Below, in pieces: positions 1 to 13,346 of a stretch of 32,827 bases of DNA. Location: NCBI GenBank assembly GCA_000697335.1, contig JNEM01011892.1, positions 1 to 32,827 on the forward strand. The letters are read 5' to 3'. A model generated the notes under the pieces. It saw only the letters and a program-made list of their open reading frames with translations, did not search any database and had not been told where the DNA came from. Position 1 is the stretch's first letter, and every line of letters begins with the position of its first letter. The position numbers were made by a program, and so were the translations under genes. The DNA comes from Conidiobolus incongruus B7586 (Eukaryota).

Positions 1-1140
1 ATTAAAATATTTTAATTTTAAAATTTATAATTAAATTTAATCATATTTAAATTAAATTATGATTATCAAATGGTTTTTATTTTTATATCTTAAAAACTTA
101 ACCATAAACTCTTTAAAATTATTTAAAACTTATAAACAATTTATAAAAATGGTGTTTTATCTAAAATTACCATATATTACTAGATTTGTGATTTTAAAGC
201 TAGAAGGGACATTATTTAAAATTTATCAAAATCTATAAAATTAATTTCTATTATTATTTTTTCACTTACCAATAGAGTAAAAAATTATATTAAAAAATAC
301 CTTTTTATTTCTGTTAAAAAATTATTAAAATAATTTAATATTAATTTTATATGCTTATTATATTTACTTAAGTTTATATTTAGATTAATTAATAAAAATA
401 TAAAATAAATACCTTATAATTTAACAAAAGCCTAAAAGAAAATTAGAGTAGCTATAGTTAAACTAAACTTATTAAGGTATAATTAAAAATAAAAGTTTTT
501 ACAATGAATTCTTATAATTGATAAATTTTAAATTTTTTTATATAATCCTTTACTTAAAAGTAAAATAAAATATTAAGTTAAATCAATCCCCTTTATAAAT
601 TCCAATAAACAAATATTTTAAATATAAATAAATATCAATTGTTATAATAAATTATAATGGTATATAGTTTTTTTATTTAATACCTCAAGGAAAATTAATT
701 AATAATAAATTTTATATTATTTTTTTAAATAAAATAATTTTTAAATAATGTACTTAATATAAATTTAAATCACCTATTATTTTGCATGATAATTATAAAA
801 TATATAAAACCAAAGCTATAAAAGATTTTTTATATAAAAAAATAGAGTGAGTTACCACACTTAGTATATTCACTTGATTATAACCTATATGATTTTAATT
901 ATTTTAGATAATTAAAAAAAAACTTACAAGAAAAAAATTCCTATAAATAAATTAAATTAGTTTATGAAATATTAAATTTCAGTCTTTAATAAAAAGAATT
1001 ATTTTTTAGATATTAGAAACTTATTAATAATAAAAGAGGCTATTAATTTTATATTATTCATTAATTTTTATATATTATTTATTAATTTATTTATTTAATT
1101 TTAATTTCAAAATTGTGCTATTATTTAATTTCTACACTAA
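1..1140 (+). mobile_element. Degenerate mariner (DD34D) DNA transposon, copy A; 5' end cut by window edge
   Basis: Relic mariner motifs in order: *IPYNLT at 406 (WVPHxL), IDKF*IFLYNP at 517 (DESW), LHDN at 782, LPHLVYSLDYNLYDF at ~852-896 (YSPDxxPxD). Colinear with copy C. Weak TIR remnant ends ~1140, followed by TA. Confidence 0.85.
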
Positions 1141-1826
1141 TAATATTAATTTTTAATGAATTTATATTATATTAATAAATATTTACATAAAATATAATAA
1201 AAAGATATTATTAATAGAAGAGAATTTTAATTTTATATATCATATATTAGGAATTATATGAAAGTATTATTTTGAAAATATATTTTAATTGAAAAAATTA
1301 AATTTTTTATGATATTTTAATCAAAATAATAATTTAAGAAAAATTTTGTAAATATTTGATTCATTTATTGTTACCTAACTTAGTAATTATAATCGAAAGT
1401 CATACTAAAATTGGAAAATTTTAAACTAATAAAATTTACCAAATAGAAAATATATTTGTAATTTAAATATTAAAAGGATATATGTATTTAATACTATTTT
1501 CAACAGTTGAGTACTAATAGACACTCATTTACTAATATTAATCAAATAATATGATAATATAAAAGGTTCAAATTGAATAAATTTTTGAATTAAAAAATAA
1601 CAATACAAAAAATTCTCTGAACCCACTAAAATTTAATTAAAATGGAAATGTAAAAAAATTTTTATTAATTTAATTATTAAATTTTAATCTTATTATTGTT
1701 GTTTAGTTTAAAAATTTTTTTATTATTTAAAATTTAATATTATATAAAATAGTAAATGAATATATTATTCTTTTTAACTTGAAATCAATTTTATTAACTT
1801 TTTCTTATTTATTTTTTATCAAAGTT

Positions 1827-2896
1827 ATGCAAGTTGGTGTTCCATTCACAATGAATAAGTATGTTTATATTAATTTCTTAATTACTCAAGATCTTTTTAA
1901 TTGATATTTTATTTTGTTTTTGTTTTACATTTTATTAGATCTTCAGATTCGATTAACATAGGCAATAACGCTCCTCAATATAGTTCTAAACTAGTACAAT
2001 TACCAAGACGTAGTGACTCTGGTCAATTACCTACTTCAGTTAATGGTCAAGGTCAGAATGCTAGTTTAGGATTAACTGATGAAGGAGGGAATAATCAAGA
2101 GAATTTACCTTTACAAGTGCATCCTTTACATTCTTCATGGGTTTTCTGGTTTATGCATCGTCCTCCTGGTCAAAAATTAGTAGATTATGAAGGTGCAATG
2201 AAGAGAATATCCTCCTTTTCTTCTGTAAGTTTATAAAATTTCATTTTTAATTTAAATCAGAATTAAAACCTAAATTGGTTATAAAACATTTTAGATAGAA
2301 GAATTTTGGGCTGTTTATAGTCATTTAAGGAGACCTCACGAGTTACCAACTATTAGTGATTATCATTTATTTAAAGAGGGTATTCGTCCAGTTTGGGAGG
2401 TAATTTAGTTGTTAATTTATTTAATATATTAATGTAGCTTATATAACGCGAATATATAGGATGAAACGAATATTAATGGTGGTAAATGGATTGTACGATT
2501 TAAAAAGGGATTGGCTTCTAGATTTTGGGAAAATTTAGTAATATTCCATTCCTTCTAGTATTTATAATTTATTAACGAGTGGATGAATAGGTATTGGGTA
2601 TGATCGGTCAACAATTTGACGTAGGTGATGAAATTTGTGGTGCTGTCATATCAATTCGTCACTCTGAAGACATATTATCAATTTGGAATAAGACAGCTAA
2701 TGATAGCACTACCAATACGACTATTAGGTATTTATTCATATTATTTTATATAATTAATACATATATTCATCCACTATTTAGGGATACTCTTAAAAAAATT
2801 CTCAATTTACCATCAGATGTAGTCATGGAGTACAAATCACATAATGATGCTTTGAAAGACAACTCAAGCTTTAGAAATACTGATGTATATAAGTAA
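1827..2896 (+). CDS. EIF4E2: Translation initiation factor 4E, class II (4EHP-like), ~250 aa, 6 exons
   Basis: Exons 1827-1858, 1939-2224, 2295-2399, 2460-2537, 2591-2727, 2782-2896, all GT-AG and in frame (753 nt). Motifs HPL..W.FW, IEEFWAVYSHL, HLFKEGIRPVWED, GGKWIVRFKKGLASRFWENL, ICGAVISIR, SIWNK, MEYKSH. Tyr at the Trp56-equivalent site. Exon 1 is the least certain. Confidence 0.92.
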
Positions 2897-3394
2897 TTTA
2901 AATTTTTTTCTCTCCACTATAATATCATCGATTTCATAGTGGTATATAAATAAAAAAATACTTACTTAAAAATATAATACATTTTTAATACTATTACATC
3001 AATTTATTCTCTTTTATTATTATAATTATTTTATGTTTTGTTATCAAAATTACAATTTTTCATTAAAAATTAATTCTAATTTTATGAAATAATCAAAGCA
3101 GGTAACTATACAGATATATTTAATAAAAAAACCATATTAATTCCAAGGTAGAAAAACAAAATATTTAATATTAGATAATTAAATGCTTTTATAACAATAT
3201 ATACAGATAATCATTATTAAATTACTACGTTGTTAAAATACATGTGGTATTGTGTCAAAAAAAATTAAAAAATCCCATAAAAAATTGTATAATAAATTAT
3301 TTATATTAATTCGTTTATGTGGGGATTCAAATTATATTAACAAACATAAAAAGAACCATTTATTGTAATACATTATTCAATAATAAAATACAAA

Positions 3395-5571
3395 ATGTCA
3401 GATAATAAATCTACAGAAGAAATTAAAGAAACAGAAATTAATGAGAAAAATACTCATCTAATTTCTGAAGAAGAGGATTCTGATGACGATTTTGGACCCC
3501 AATTGCCTACTCAAGCTGAGGAACACTCAATTAATAAAAAAAGAAAAGGTAAAAATATTTTGTCTTTGAAAATTAAAATGAACTAAATTCGATAGTTTAT
3601 AGTATTACCACATGAAGATTTACTAGTAAATCAGCTACCTAATTCCCAAATGTACGAAAGGAGTTATATGCACAGAGAAGTTATTAATCATATTAAAATA
3701 TCCAAAACAAATTTTATCGTTACTACATCGGTGGACGGTCACTTAAAATTTTGGAAAAAAATATATGAAAACATAGAATTTGTAAAACATTTTAAAGCTC
3801 ATTTGAGTATTATTAACGATGTTCAATTCTCTCATGATGGTTTATGGTTAGCTACCTGCTCTCAAGATAAAACTATTAAGGTTTTTGATGTAATTAATTT
3901 CGATATGACTAACCTTATTCAATTGGATTTCGTTCCAAGTACTCTGTGTTGGATTGAACAAAAGGACCAGCTTAACCCTCTTATCGCTTGGTAAATTTTA
4001 TCCTAATTATTAAATTATTGTTGTGTATTAAATGATTTTGTTTAGTGCTGATCAAGATTCTAAAAATATTCATCTCTTAGACAGTCGTGGAGATGGCCAG
4101 CCTATTAAGACCCTTGATAAAATTCATAGTCATCCTGTAAATTGCATGATTTATAATCATATTTACAAATGTGTAATTTCAAGTGACAAATCCGGTATGC
4201 TCGAATATTGGGATCCTAATGAACCCCATCATTTACCACCGACAATTCAATTTGAAATGAAATATCAAACCGATTTATACGAGTTTAAAAAGGTATTTTA
4301 TATTGATCACCTTGTGATTCAACCAACTGATCATTATTTTTTGATATTAGAAAAAAGTAGTGCCTACTTCAATTACATTGTCTCCAGATTGCCAATTATT
4401 TGTAGTTGTATCCAATGAAGATCGTCAACTTCGCGTTTTTAAATTTTCCACTGGTAAAATGATTAGAACTTATGATGAATCTCTAGATGTTTATAGAGAT
4501 TTACAACAGGTAAAAATTATCTTAAAAAATTAATATATATATAATTTAAATTGTATTTAATACTTAGGCTGGAAGTGACAAATTTAAATTAGAAGATATG
4601 GAATTTGGTAGAAGATTAGCAGTTGAACGTGAATGGGTTAAATCAAGTCAAGCAAATACATTCAACGCAGTTTTTGACCAAAGTAGCAATTTTTTGATTT
4701 ATACATCGATGTTGGGTATCAAAATCATTAACATTGTAACTAATAAAATGGTAAAATTATTGGGTAAATCAGAGCCTCAGAGATTTTTAAATGTTGCCAT
4801 TTATCAAGGTGCTCCCAAAAAGAAGGGAAATGTCACATTGGTAAGTGTAGCTTATATTCATTAATGAGTTTTTACTAATATTTATAATAGGAAATGGCAG
4901 CTTCTGACAATCCTCTTTATAAAGAAAGTGAAGCATTAGATCCCACCATCTTTGTTTCATCTTTTAAAAAGAATCGCTTCTTCATGTTTACTCAAAGGGA
5001 ACCCGGTACAACAGACAATAACAAGGGAGATCGTGATATTTTCAACGAAAAGCCAACTCGCGAGGAACAAACTATTGCATCAACTGCTACCCAAAAAACC
5101 TTGGCTAATTCCGCCTCCATTCACACTACAATGGGAGATATTCACGTTCAATTATTCCCTCAAGTTGCACCCAAAGCTGTAGAAAATTTTGTAACTCACT
5201 CCAAGAATGGATACTATAACGGTGTAATATTTCACAGAGTTATTAAATCTTTCATGATTCAAACTGGTGACCCACTTGGGGATGGTACTGGCGGGGAATC
5301 CATCTGGGGAGATGATTTCGAAGATGAGTTTCACAGGGACTACCGTCATGATAGACCTTACACTCTGAGTATGGCTAATGCAGGACCCAACACCAATGGA
5401 AGTCAGTTCTTCATTACAACTACTGCTACTCCCTGGTTAGATAATAAGCACACTATATTTGGTAGAGTAACAAGTGGTATGGATGTCGTCCATGGTATCG
5501 AAGGTGTTAAAACTGATAGAAGTGACAAACCCGTTGAAGAAATTTCTATTATTAACATTGATATTAAATAA
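3395..5571 (+). CDS. PPWD1: Peptidylprolyl isomerase domain and WD repeat-containing protein 1 (spliceosomal cyclophilin, Cyp15), ~633 aa, 6 exons
   Basis: Exons 3395-3548, 3603-3990, 4046-4292, 4351-4509, 4568-4840, 4891-5571 join in frame (1902 nt). [11 protein letters not shown]40 repeats ([23 protein letters not shown]), [20 protein letters not shown] and a full cyclophilin domain ([44 protein letters not shown]). Confidence 0.96.
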
Positions 5572-5745
5572 ATGCATAAAATATTTTTCGTTTAAAAAAG
5601 CTGATATGTTTATTTAAATTAATTATGAATTTGATTTGTTTTAAGGAGGATCATTCACTGAATTGACTCTCATTTCGTTATTATCAAGGATAATTTTTTA
5701 TGTTAACTTGTGTATCGGTTGGCGAATAGTCCAAATTATAAATGC

Positions 5746-6649
5746 TTAATGATGCTGACCGTGTATTACACTGAAGTTATGCATTGAAGAATTGGGTAAT
5801 AAACTTCTCCTAGGATTTTGGATACAATGCATATGCTGATTGTTAATATGGTGCTCCTGATGTAAACTAATATTATGTAAGTTAATCATTTTAGCAACAG
5901 ATTTTTCATATCTAAATTGATCTTTGAGAGTTTGATCTAGCATCAAGGCAGCTAACATGGTCAACACGTCAACAGCGGTGTAAAGGAAGAGAGTTGTATA
6001 AATATTTCTAAGATAATTGTTGACATAGGTAAAAATCTTGTTTTCACAAGATTCTAAAGTTCCGTTGTAAATTATATCAATTGTACATGTATCGGAAATG
6101 GCTGGGCTATCGGTTGTTGAAGCATATCCGCAACATTTATCCTATGAATATTGTTTAATTAAATATAATCTAAATGAAAAAAAATATAAATGATTACGTT
6201 AGATTGGAAAGCATCTTTCAATTCAGGTGCCCAGCTTTGCCAACGGTCGGAAAAAGCATTTCTGACATCAAGGGTCTGAAACCAAACATAAGCACCCAAA
6301 CACAACGTAGCAATGACGCAAACAATAATAAGGAAATTGAATAATGCAATTGTAGATCTCGCTTTAGAGCGACTGAAAGTTACAGTGTAACCAATCAAAG
6401 AAGAAACTACCATGGTAATACCAATACCAATAGCAACTAATAAATAGATTAGATAAATTCTTAAATCAAATTTACATAAAATTATTAAAACTTACCCCAA
6501 ATAGGTGTTGAAGTGAGAATAGCCTGTCTTCTCATAAACGGCGTACTAATAAAATAAGCGCCCACGCCCAAAGCGGAACATCCCGCCAACAAGAACAAAG
6601 TAACCGATAATAAATAAATTTTTCTTAACCCAGGAGTTACTCCAACCAT
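5746..6649 (-). CDS. Fungal tetraspanin, ~262 aa, 3 exons
   Basis: Exons 6649-6496, 6436-6198, 6141-5746 (789 nt, GT-AG). Four hydrophobic segments; large loop after TM3 has KCCGY plus two more Cys; His/Gln-rich C-terminal tail. Accounts for ORF fragments 6159..6413 and 5746..5967. Confidence 0.85.
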
Positions 6650-7069
6650 AATTTCAAATTATCAAAATTCAAATAAAAGTTGAAGCTGAAAAAGAATAAA
6701 AAATTTCAATCAATTTTTGAAGGAGAGAGTAAGTAGCTGTTAATAATATATACTATTTTTAAGTAAAATTGTGATAATTGAAATAATAACAACAATAACC
6801 AACGATTATTCTACTATTACTCTTAATAACGAATATCTTTTAAAAATAAATTGAAATAAGGTTGAACAATCAAATCAGGTTGAATTTTTATATTATTTTT
6901 AGCTTTAAAATTCCACTAAAAATTAAATTTTATGTGTACAATCTAAATTGCTTTGGTGATTGGATTGTTGAACTGGATTTACAGGTTATTAGTATCACAG
7001 TAATCGGATATCTGAGTTTTTGTATTCTTTTTTCTTATCAATTGCCAGCACCAATATATTATTCAAATC

Positions 7070-7090
7070 AATAATAATAATAATAATAAT
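7070..7090. repeat. (AAT)n microsatellite
   Basis: About seven consecutive AAT units. Confidence 0.8.
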
Positions 7091-9179
7091 TAAATACACT
7101 GAGCGATATTAATTATTTCAAACATTCAAACATTCAATCCTTCTTATCCCAAATAAAAATAGTTCAACCCTTGATAAATAATTGGTTCACAATTATTCTT
7201 TTACATTTGAAAACATTTTTTGTTACCCAAGAAATTTAATGCGGAGCTTCAATTCATCTTGAACATAAAAACTAAAAAATCAAAACAATTCAAAAAATTT
7301 TAAGTTTGTGAAGGTGATACTAAACACTTCAAAAATTGATAGCTCAAATTTGAGAGTGAAATACCCCACATACGCTGATTCTATTGGATTGAATTCAAAA
7401 TGCAAAGGGTGAATCTGGAGTACATTTGGTAATCCCTTTATCCATTCTATCATTTTCATGTGGATTGTAATATTGGCGTAAATTTTAATTTCAATTTTCT
7501 TAACTTTACCAGTTTTTAGTGTTGTTAAATTTGTTTTAGATATTTTATGAGATTATCATCAATTGCAAAATATTTTATATTGATATATTTCTGTGATTTT
7601 ATAAGAAAAATCAGCAATTTTTAAACGAGATTGTCTAGTTTTAAAATGTCAAAAATTACCAAACTTTTCAATGAAACCAGAAATCATGTTAAAAAAATTT
7701 ATATACAAAGTCAAAAATCAGTTTTGCTACAATAATTTTAAAACTGTTATTATAAATTCATTGAAATATAGCTTTTGGCTTATTTTATTAAAATTATACT
7801 ACCTGGTTTTCCATTTTTTATTAATTATATTGATATCTTGCTGTTAAACCTATTGAATTTTAAATTGAGAATAATCTTAATTTTAATGAGATAGAAAAAT
7901 TGATTATCATTTCTTAACAGTATAACATTATTAATTGAAATATAATTACATAAGTATGAGATCAAAATCAATAAAAATATCATAAAACGGGTGTATAAGT
8001 AAAATAATTACTAAAACATTTAATATATACAAACAATTTGATTTGAAATATCTAATCAAATTGTAAATAATCAGAAATTCATTTTAATATATTTCAATAA
8101 TATTGGCGAATATCAAGGTGGAGATATTATAAAGTGGAATCGTAGCATTATATTGGCCACGCATATCTGTCACTTCGGAATCTGAATCTGCATAAATTAC
8201 TCGGAGTTGAGGAGGAACTATATCGGAGATTGGGATCTTTTATAGGGATAATTCATGGATAAGATGTTTTAACGAAATACATATCTAAATATATAATTAT
8301 AAGGGTTTTGCTGAATTAATAAGTGAATGATAATTTAATGTTTTAAAAAACCATAATATATATATTTTAATTTGTATTTTATTATTTTTGTGTATTAAAC
8401 TTAAACATCTAGTTTGAAGTTAAATCATATTAAATATTGAAATAAATTTTAGTTAGTAAACCAAGCCACTTTTCATAAAATATATATTTTAAAAAATTTC
8501 CAAAGATTTTATGGATGGTTTGTTCATCTTAATACCAGACAAATATTTTATATAAATTTTAATACTAATAGAATATAAATTAGAAAGAATATTGAATTGA
8601 TATTAAAAACTATAATATAAAGTAATATAATCAACAACTTGATATTGAATTCGAATTAATAATATAATATTATATATTTTCTATTACTAATCTTGCTTTA
8701 ACATCAACAAAATTAAATCATCATATTTATTATATATCATGTAATAATATTTAGAAAGAATCTTATATATATATATATATTACAAAAAAATTTGATGCTT
8801 ATATACTAAATATTCAACACTATAATTATCAAAATTAGTTGTTATAATTAATTGTAAATATATTTATTATATTATAAAAATAAAAATCACTGCTAATATA
8901 TTCTTTATAAACATATACCACTTTCCTAATTTATAGTTGAAATTTCCTCCATGAATTTTTTAATTTCATATATAACTATAAGATATAATAAATATTTTAT
9001 ATAACTATATATTAAAATATATAATTAAGAATCTTAAATAAGCAAAATATTAATAAATTTTATAATAGAAAATATATTTAATTAAAGAATAAATATTTTT
9101 CATTCAAAATATTAGTAAAAATATTATTTATTTTTGGAATATTATGATAGAAATGAAAAAATTAATATATTTTTTCATA

Positions 9180-11755
9180 TTTTATTTTTATATAATATAT
9201 TTAAGATTCATAATAAATAAATATTTGAATATATAATTTATAAGTAAAAATATAAAATATAAAACCAATATTTTGTTTTATTATTAATATCTCTTCTATT
9301 ATCCTTAATAACCTTTTATTACTTATAAAATAGTTTTTTATTAAAAATTGAAATTTGATGTTTTATAAACTAATTATATTTATTTATAGAAATCTTCTGA
9401 TATAAGCTTATATTTTAATTGCCTAAAGTAATTATAATTATAATAGCTTTAATCTATTAAATATATTAAATTTATGTTAAGCCTTTTAAATAATGCTTCT
9501 TTATTTAACTCAGGTAATATATTATAGTATTCACTTATATTATTAACAAAATATATTATATAAATAACAGTTAATATTTTATAAATAAACCACAGGTTTA
9601 ATTTAACAATAAACTTAAATAGTCTCTTAGTTATTTTTACATAAAATATAATTTAAGATAATATAAAAAAATAGATTTCCAAACAAAGTAACATTTGTTT
9701 CTTTTTTTAACTTAAGTAGAGATAGTAAAAGCTAACTTTATATTGTTTAATTAATCTTAATTTGTTATTTAACAAATTGTTTATTTGGTAATTATATCAG
9801 ATATTTTGCTTAAAGATATTTTTTTTAAGTAAAAAGGCTATTTATAGTATTGTTGATATTGATCATAATAGTTGCTAAATCTTTAGTAAAACTTATTCAT
9901 CTTATTAAGATAAAATATTATTGGTAACTAACAACAAAGTATAAATTATTAATGTTAAATTAATTGTTTATAACTTAAGAAAAAGCAATCTATTTAGCTT
10001 GATTAATAATAGTTTAAAAGATTACTAAAATAGTATTTTAAATTATAATAATTTAGAAATTTTTTCTAATTATTTTTATTCATAAAATTTTAATCACTAT
10101 ATTGTTATAAGTTTTATACTATTCATTTAAAATAATAAATATCTTAAAATTATATTAAGGATAAAAATTAAAAATAATTTTATTTAAAAAATAATATAAA
10201 TTCTATTATTATTAATTAAATTTTTTATAATTGATAAATAAAAATAATATATATTATTTTAATCTGATATAATAATCAATATGTATTAATTTGAATTTAT
10301 AAAAAAATTATTTTAAATTTATATTTTGATTTGAATTTTAATAAAAAATTATATAAAAATATTTATATTATAATTCAAAGCCTATTATATTACAATTATT
10401 TTAGAAATCATAATTTTTTTATTTTACTTATTAATATTCCCAAATACTTATTTTTTATATTTAATACTAATTATTTATATTTTATATCAAAATTTAAGTT
10501 AAAGATTATTTATTACTATTAAAATTTTTTGATTAAATTATATTATCTTTTATTATTTTTTATTTATTAATTTATTAATTAATATTTTAATATTAAAAAA
10601 CGATCCAATTTTAATTTATAGTTACTAATTCAATAATTTTTAATAATTTTTTCGCTTAAAATTTATAATAATATGGTTAATATTATTGATAACTATTCTA
10701 ATTGGATATTCCCCATTTTATCTTAATTTGCTGCTATTAATATCTGATATTATTAGTTATATTTTCCAATTTAATTAGAATAAGCAACTTATTAAATATA
10801 AGGAGCAATTATCCTTAATTAATCAAGTTATGGTATAATTATGCAAAATATTTATAACTTAATTATTTAATATAATTTATTATTACTCTATTAATAAATA
10901 TTTTGTATCATTTGGGTTAATATCTTTATTATCATTCATTCTGGTAAATAACTTAATCACCTTTATTATTTACCATTTATTACCAAGTATATCAGTATAT
11001 TATCTTATTTGACCTATTATTTAACTTTATTTTTTATCTATAATATTTGATTTTTTTTATCCTTTTTTGATCCAATAATTGATAGTTTATTAATTATAAA
11101 AATTTATTATAAAGCTTTAGTTTTTAGTTATACCTTAATATATCTTATTTAACTATAAATATTTTGATATTTTTAATCTATAGTTTAGTTATAAATTATT
11201 TATTTTTTATTTTTATTAATTAATTTAAGTTTAAACTTAATATTTATAACATACTTATATAATAAATATAAAAATACATTAATAATTTTTTAATTAAAAT
11301 AAAAAATTTTGTTAATATATTATTTTACTCTATTTATAACAAAAAACAATAGTTAAAATTAGGTTTTTAAATTTTAGCAAGTTTTAAATAGTTTTTACTT
11401 TAAATATAAAATAATTTACCTAGTGATAAATAATTAATTTTAATTAATATTATTTTTATAAATATTTGATAAATTTCAAATAGTTTTAATACATTTGTGA
11501 TTAAGCTTTACTAATACTAAAATAAAAAATTTCAATGATTATCATTTAAATATATATATATATATATATATGGTTAATTCAAATAGTAATTTTTGAAAAG
11601 TTAATTTTTAATGAAAAAATATTATATGTCAATATATATAGCTTTAAGCTATATATTTTCCTATTTATTATATATATGTTTTTTTATCTGAAATTAATAA
11701 TATATTAGAAAGATTGGAAAATAAAAAATTTCCCATTTTTTTAATGCTAAGGTAA
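9180..11755 (-). mobile_element. Degenerate mariner, copy B, interrupted by two insertions
   Basis: Segments ~9210-9442, ~10045-10365 and ~11085-11755 align in order with copy C. Right end AAAAAATTTCCCATT...AAGGTAA|TA at 11755 matches the copy C terminus. Left end and junctions are approximate. Confidence 0.75.
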
Positions 11756-11823
11756 TATATTCTAACTTTACTGAAAGGCAATCTTACAATATAAATCAAG
11801 TAAATTAGATAAAAAAGAGAAAA

Positions 11824-12093
11824 TGTGGCTAATGGAGTACTTTAAAGGGTTTTATTAATATATCAGAATATAGGGCTTGATCCTGATTGAGATGATTTCC
11901 CAGCAAATAAGTACTAGGTAGTGATTTTATATAGTTATCAGTCGTTAAAGCAATGCATTGAATCACTTATTATAGTTGTTGACCCGGTTTCCCATTGAAC
12001 AAGGGTTTTACATGGTACTTGTGTGTGGGCTGTAGTCGAAATAATGACGGATGGTTTAAGTAGAATGGAGAGCGGACCTCCTGATCCGCAACA
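11824..12093 (-). mobile_element. Candidate solo LTR (~270 bp)
   Basis: GC-richer island. Minus strand reads TGTTGCG...TATATAAAA...AATAAA...GCCACA (TG..CA ends, TATA before polyA signal). No target-site duplication found. Confidence 0.4.
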
Positions 12094-13346
12094 ATTTGAT
12101 CAAAACGGAAAACTCTTATTTAAATAAATAGATTGATAAATATAATTTATTATTTCAACTCATTCGAATATACTGCACTTTGAAATTTAATAAATATTGC
12201 TTATTTAGTGATTATCACTAGTATATAATTTTAATAATTTTTATTCATTGTAATTAAGACTCATTTGCCTTTGCAAAGTGACTTGTAATTTTCAAAATAT
12301 AATTGATAAAATATCAAAATATAAAGGATTAAAATTTGGATAATCACAATTCTGATATTATCAATTATATACCAAATAAACGCCAAGGATTATAAATAAA
12401 AAAGACCAATATTGGATATTCAGTTTTTGAGGTGTAAGACATTTGTAAAACTATTTTATCACATTAGGATTTATTTTACTTTACAATTAGAAATCAAAGT
12501 ATTTATTATTAAATTAAATATATAGATATATAAATATATAAATATATAAACATTATAATTGATAATGAATTAAAATTATTAAATTTCAATTTTAATTTTC
12601 GATATTCATACACTGTAAATTTGATTTATAATGTTTCTATTTTCATATTGTAAAATACAATTTTAACCATTTTGTCATTATTTATTAAATTGATTTAATT
12701 AGAATTTCATTATATATATGTAATTTGGAGTTGTTGTAAACCTGAAAACTCTATAGTAAATCACAAAGCCTCTTAATTCGGCTGGTTTATATAACTTATA
12801 AAATATAATCAAAATTTACATTACCCAATCAATCTCAATTTTGAAGTATACCATATTAAGAAAATTTGGTAATGCTATTCTTGATTTAATTTTTGTTGTA
12901 TTGCAATACAAGTAAATATTTTGGCATATTACAAATTCTACCAATCATTGTAGATGATATTATATAAATTTTTACCAATTAATACGTTCAATTTGAAGTT
13001 TTATTTGATTTAATATTTTATTTCAAAATATGGAAAATCGAATCAGTTTGTTAAATGAAGCACATTTAAGATGAAATTTATGACAAATACTATGACTTTT
13101 AATACAATTCCATTATTTATAGTATTGTTATGGAATTTATAGATTATAATGTAAGATAAATGCCATTTTTAATGCTTTATATTCTAAAAATACAAATATA
13201 CTGAAAATAAACAGATTACTTTGGATCGAAGTATGATTCCAATTTTCAAATTATCCCATACTCATGATTCAATAGATTGAATTTTCTTAAATTCACTCTG
13301 TTCATTGGTGTCTTATTAATTCAATTCATTAAGTAAATAAAGCAAA

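Noticed and set aside
4952..5349. ORFs 4952..5182 (+) and 5152..5349 (-)
   Set aside because: Alternate-frame and antisense shadows of the PPWD1 last exon.
6862..7074. 70-aa ORF
   Set aside because: TTG start and I/F/Y/N-rich composition typical of chance ORFs in AT-rich DNA.
10331..10522. 63-aa ORF
   Set aside because: Non-ATG start, low complexity, inside the decayed transposon region.
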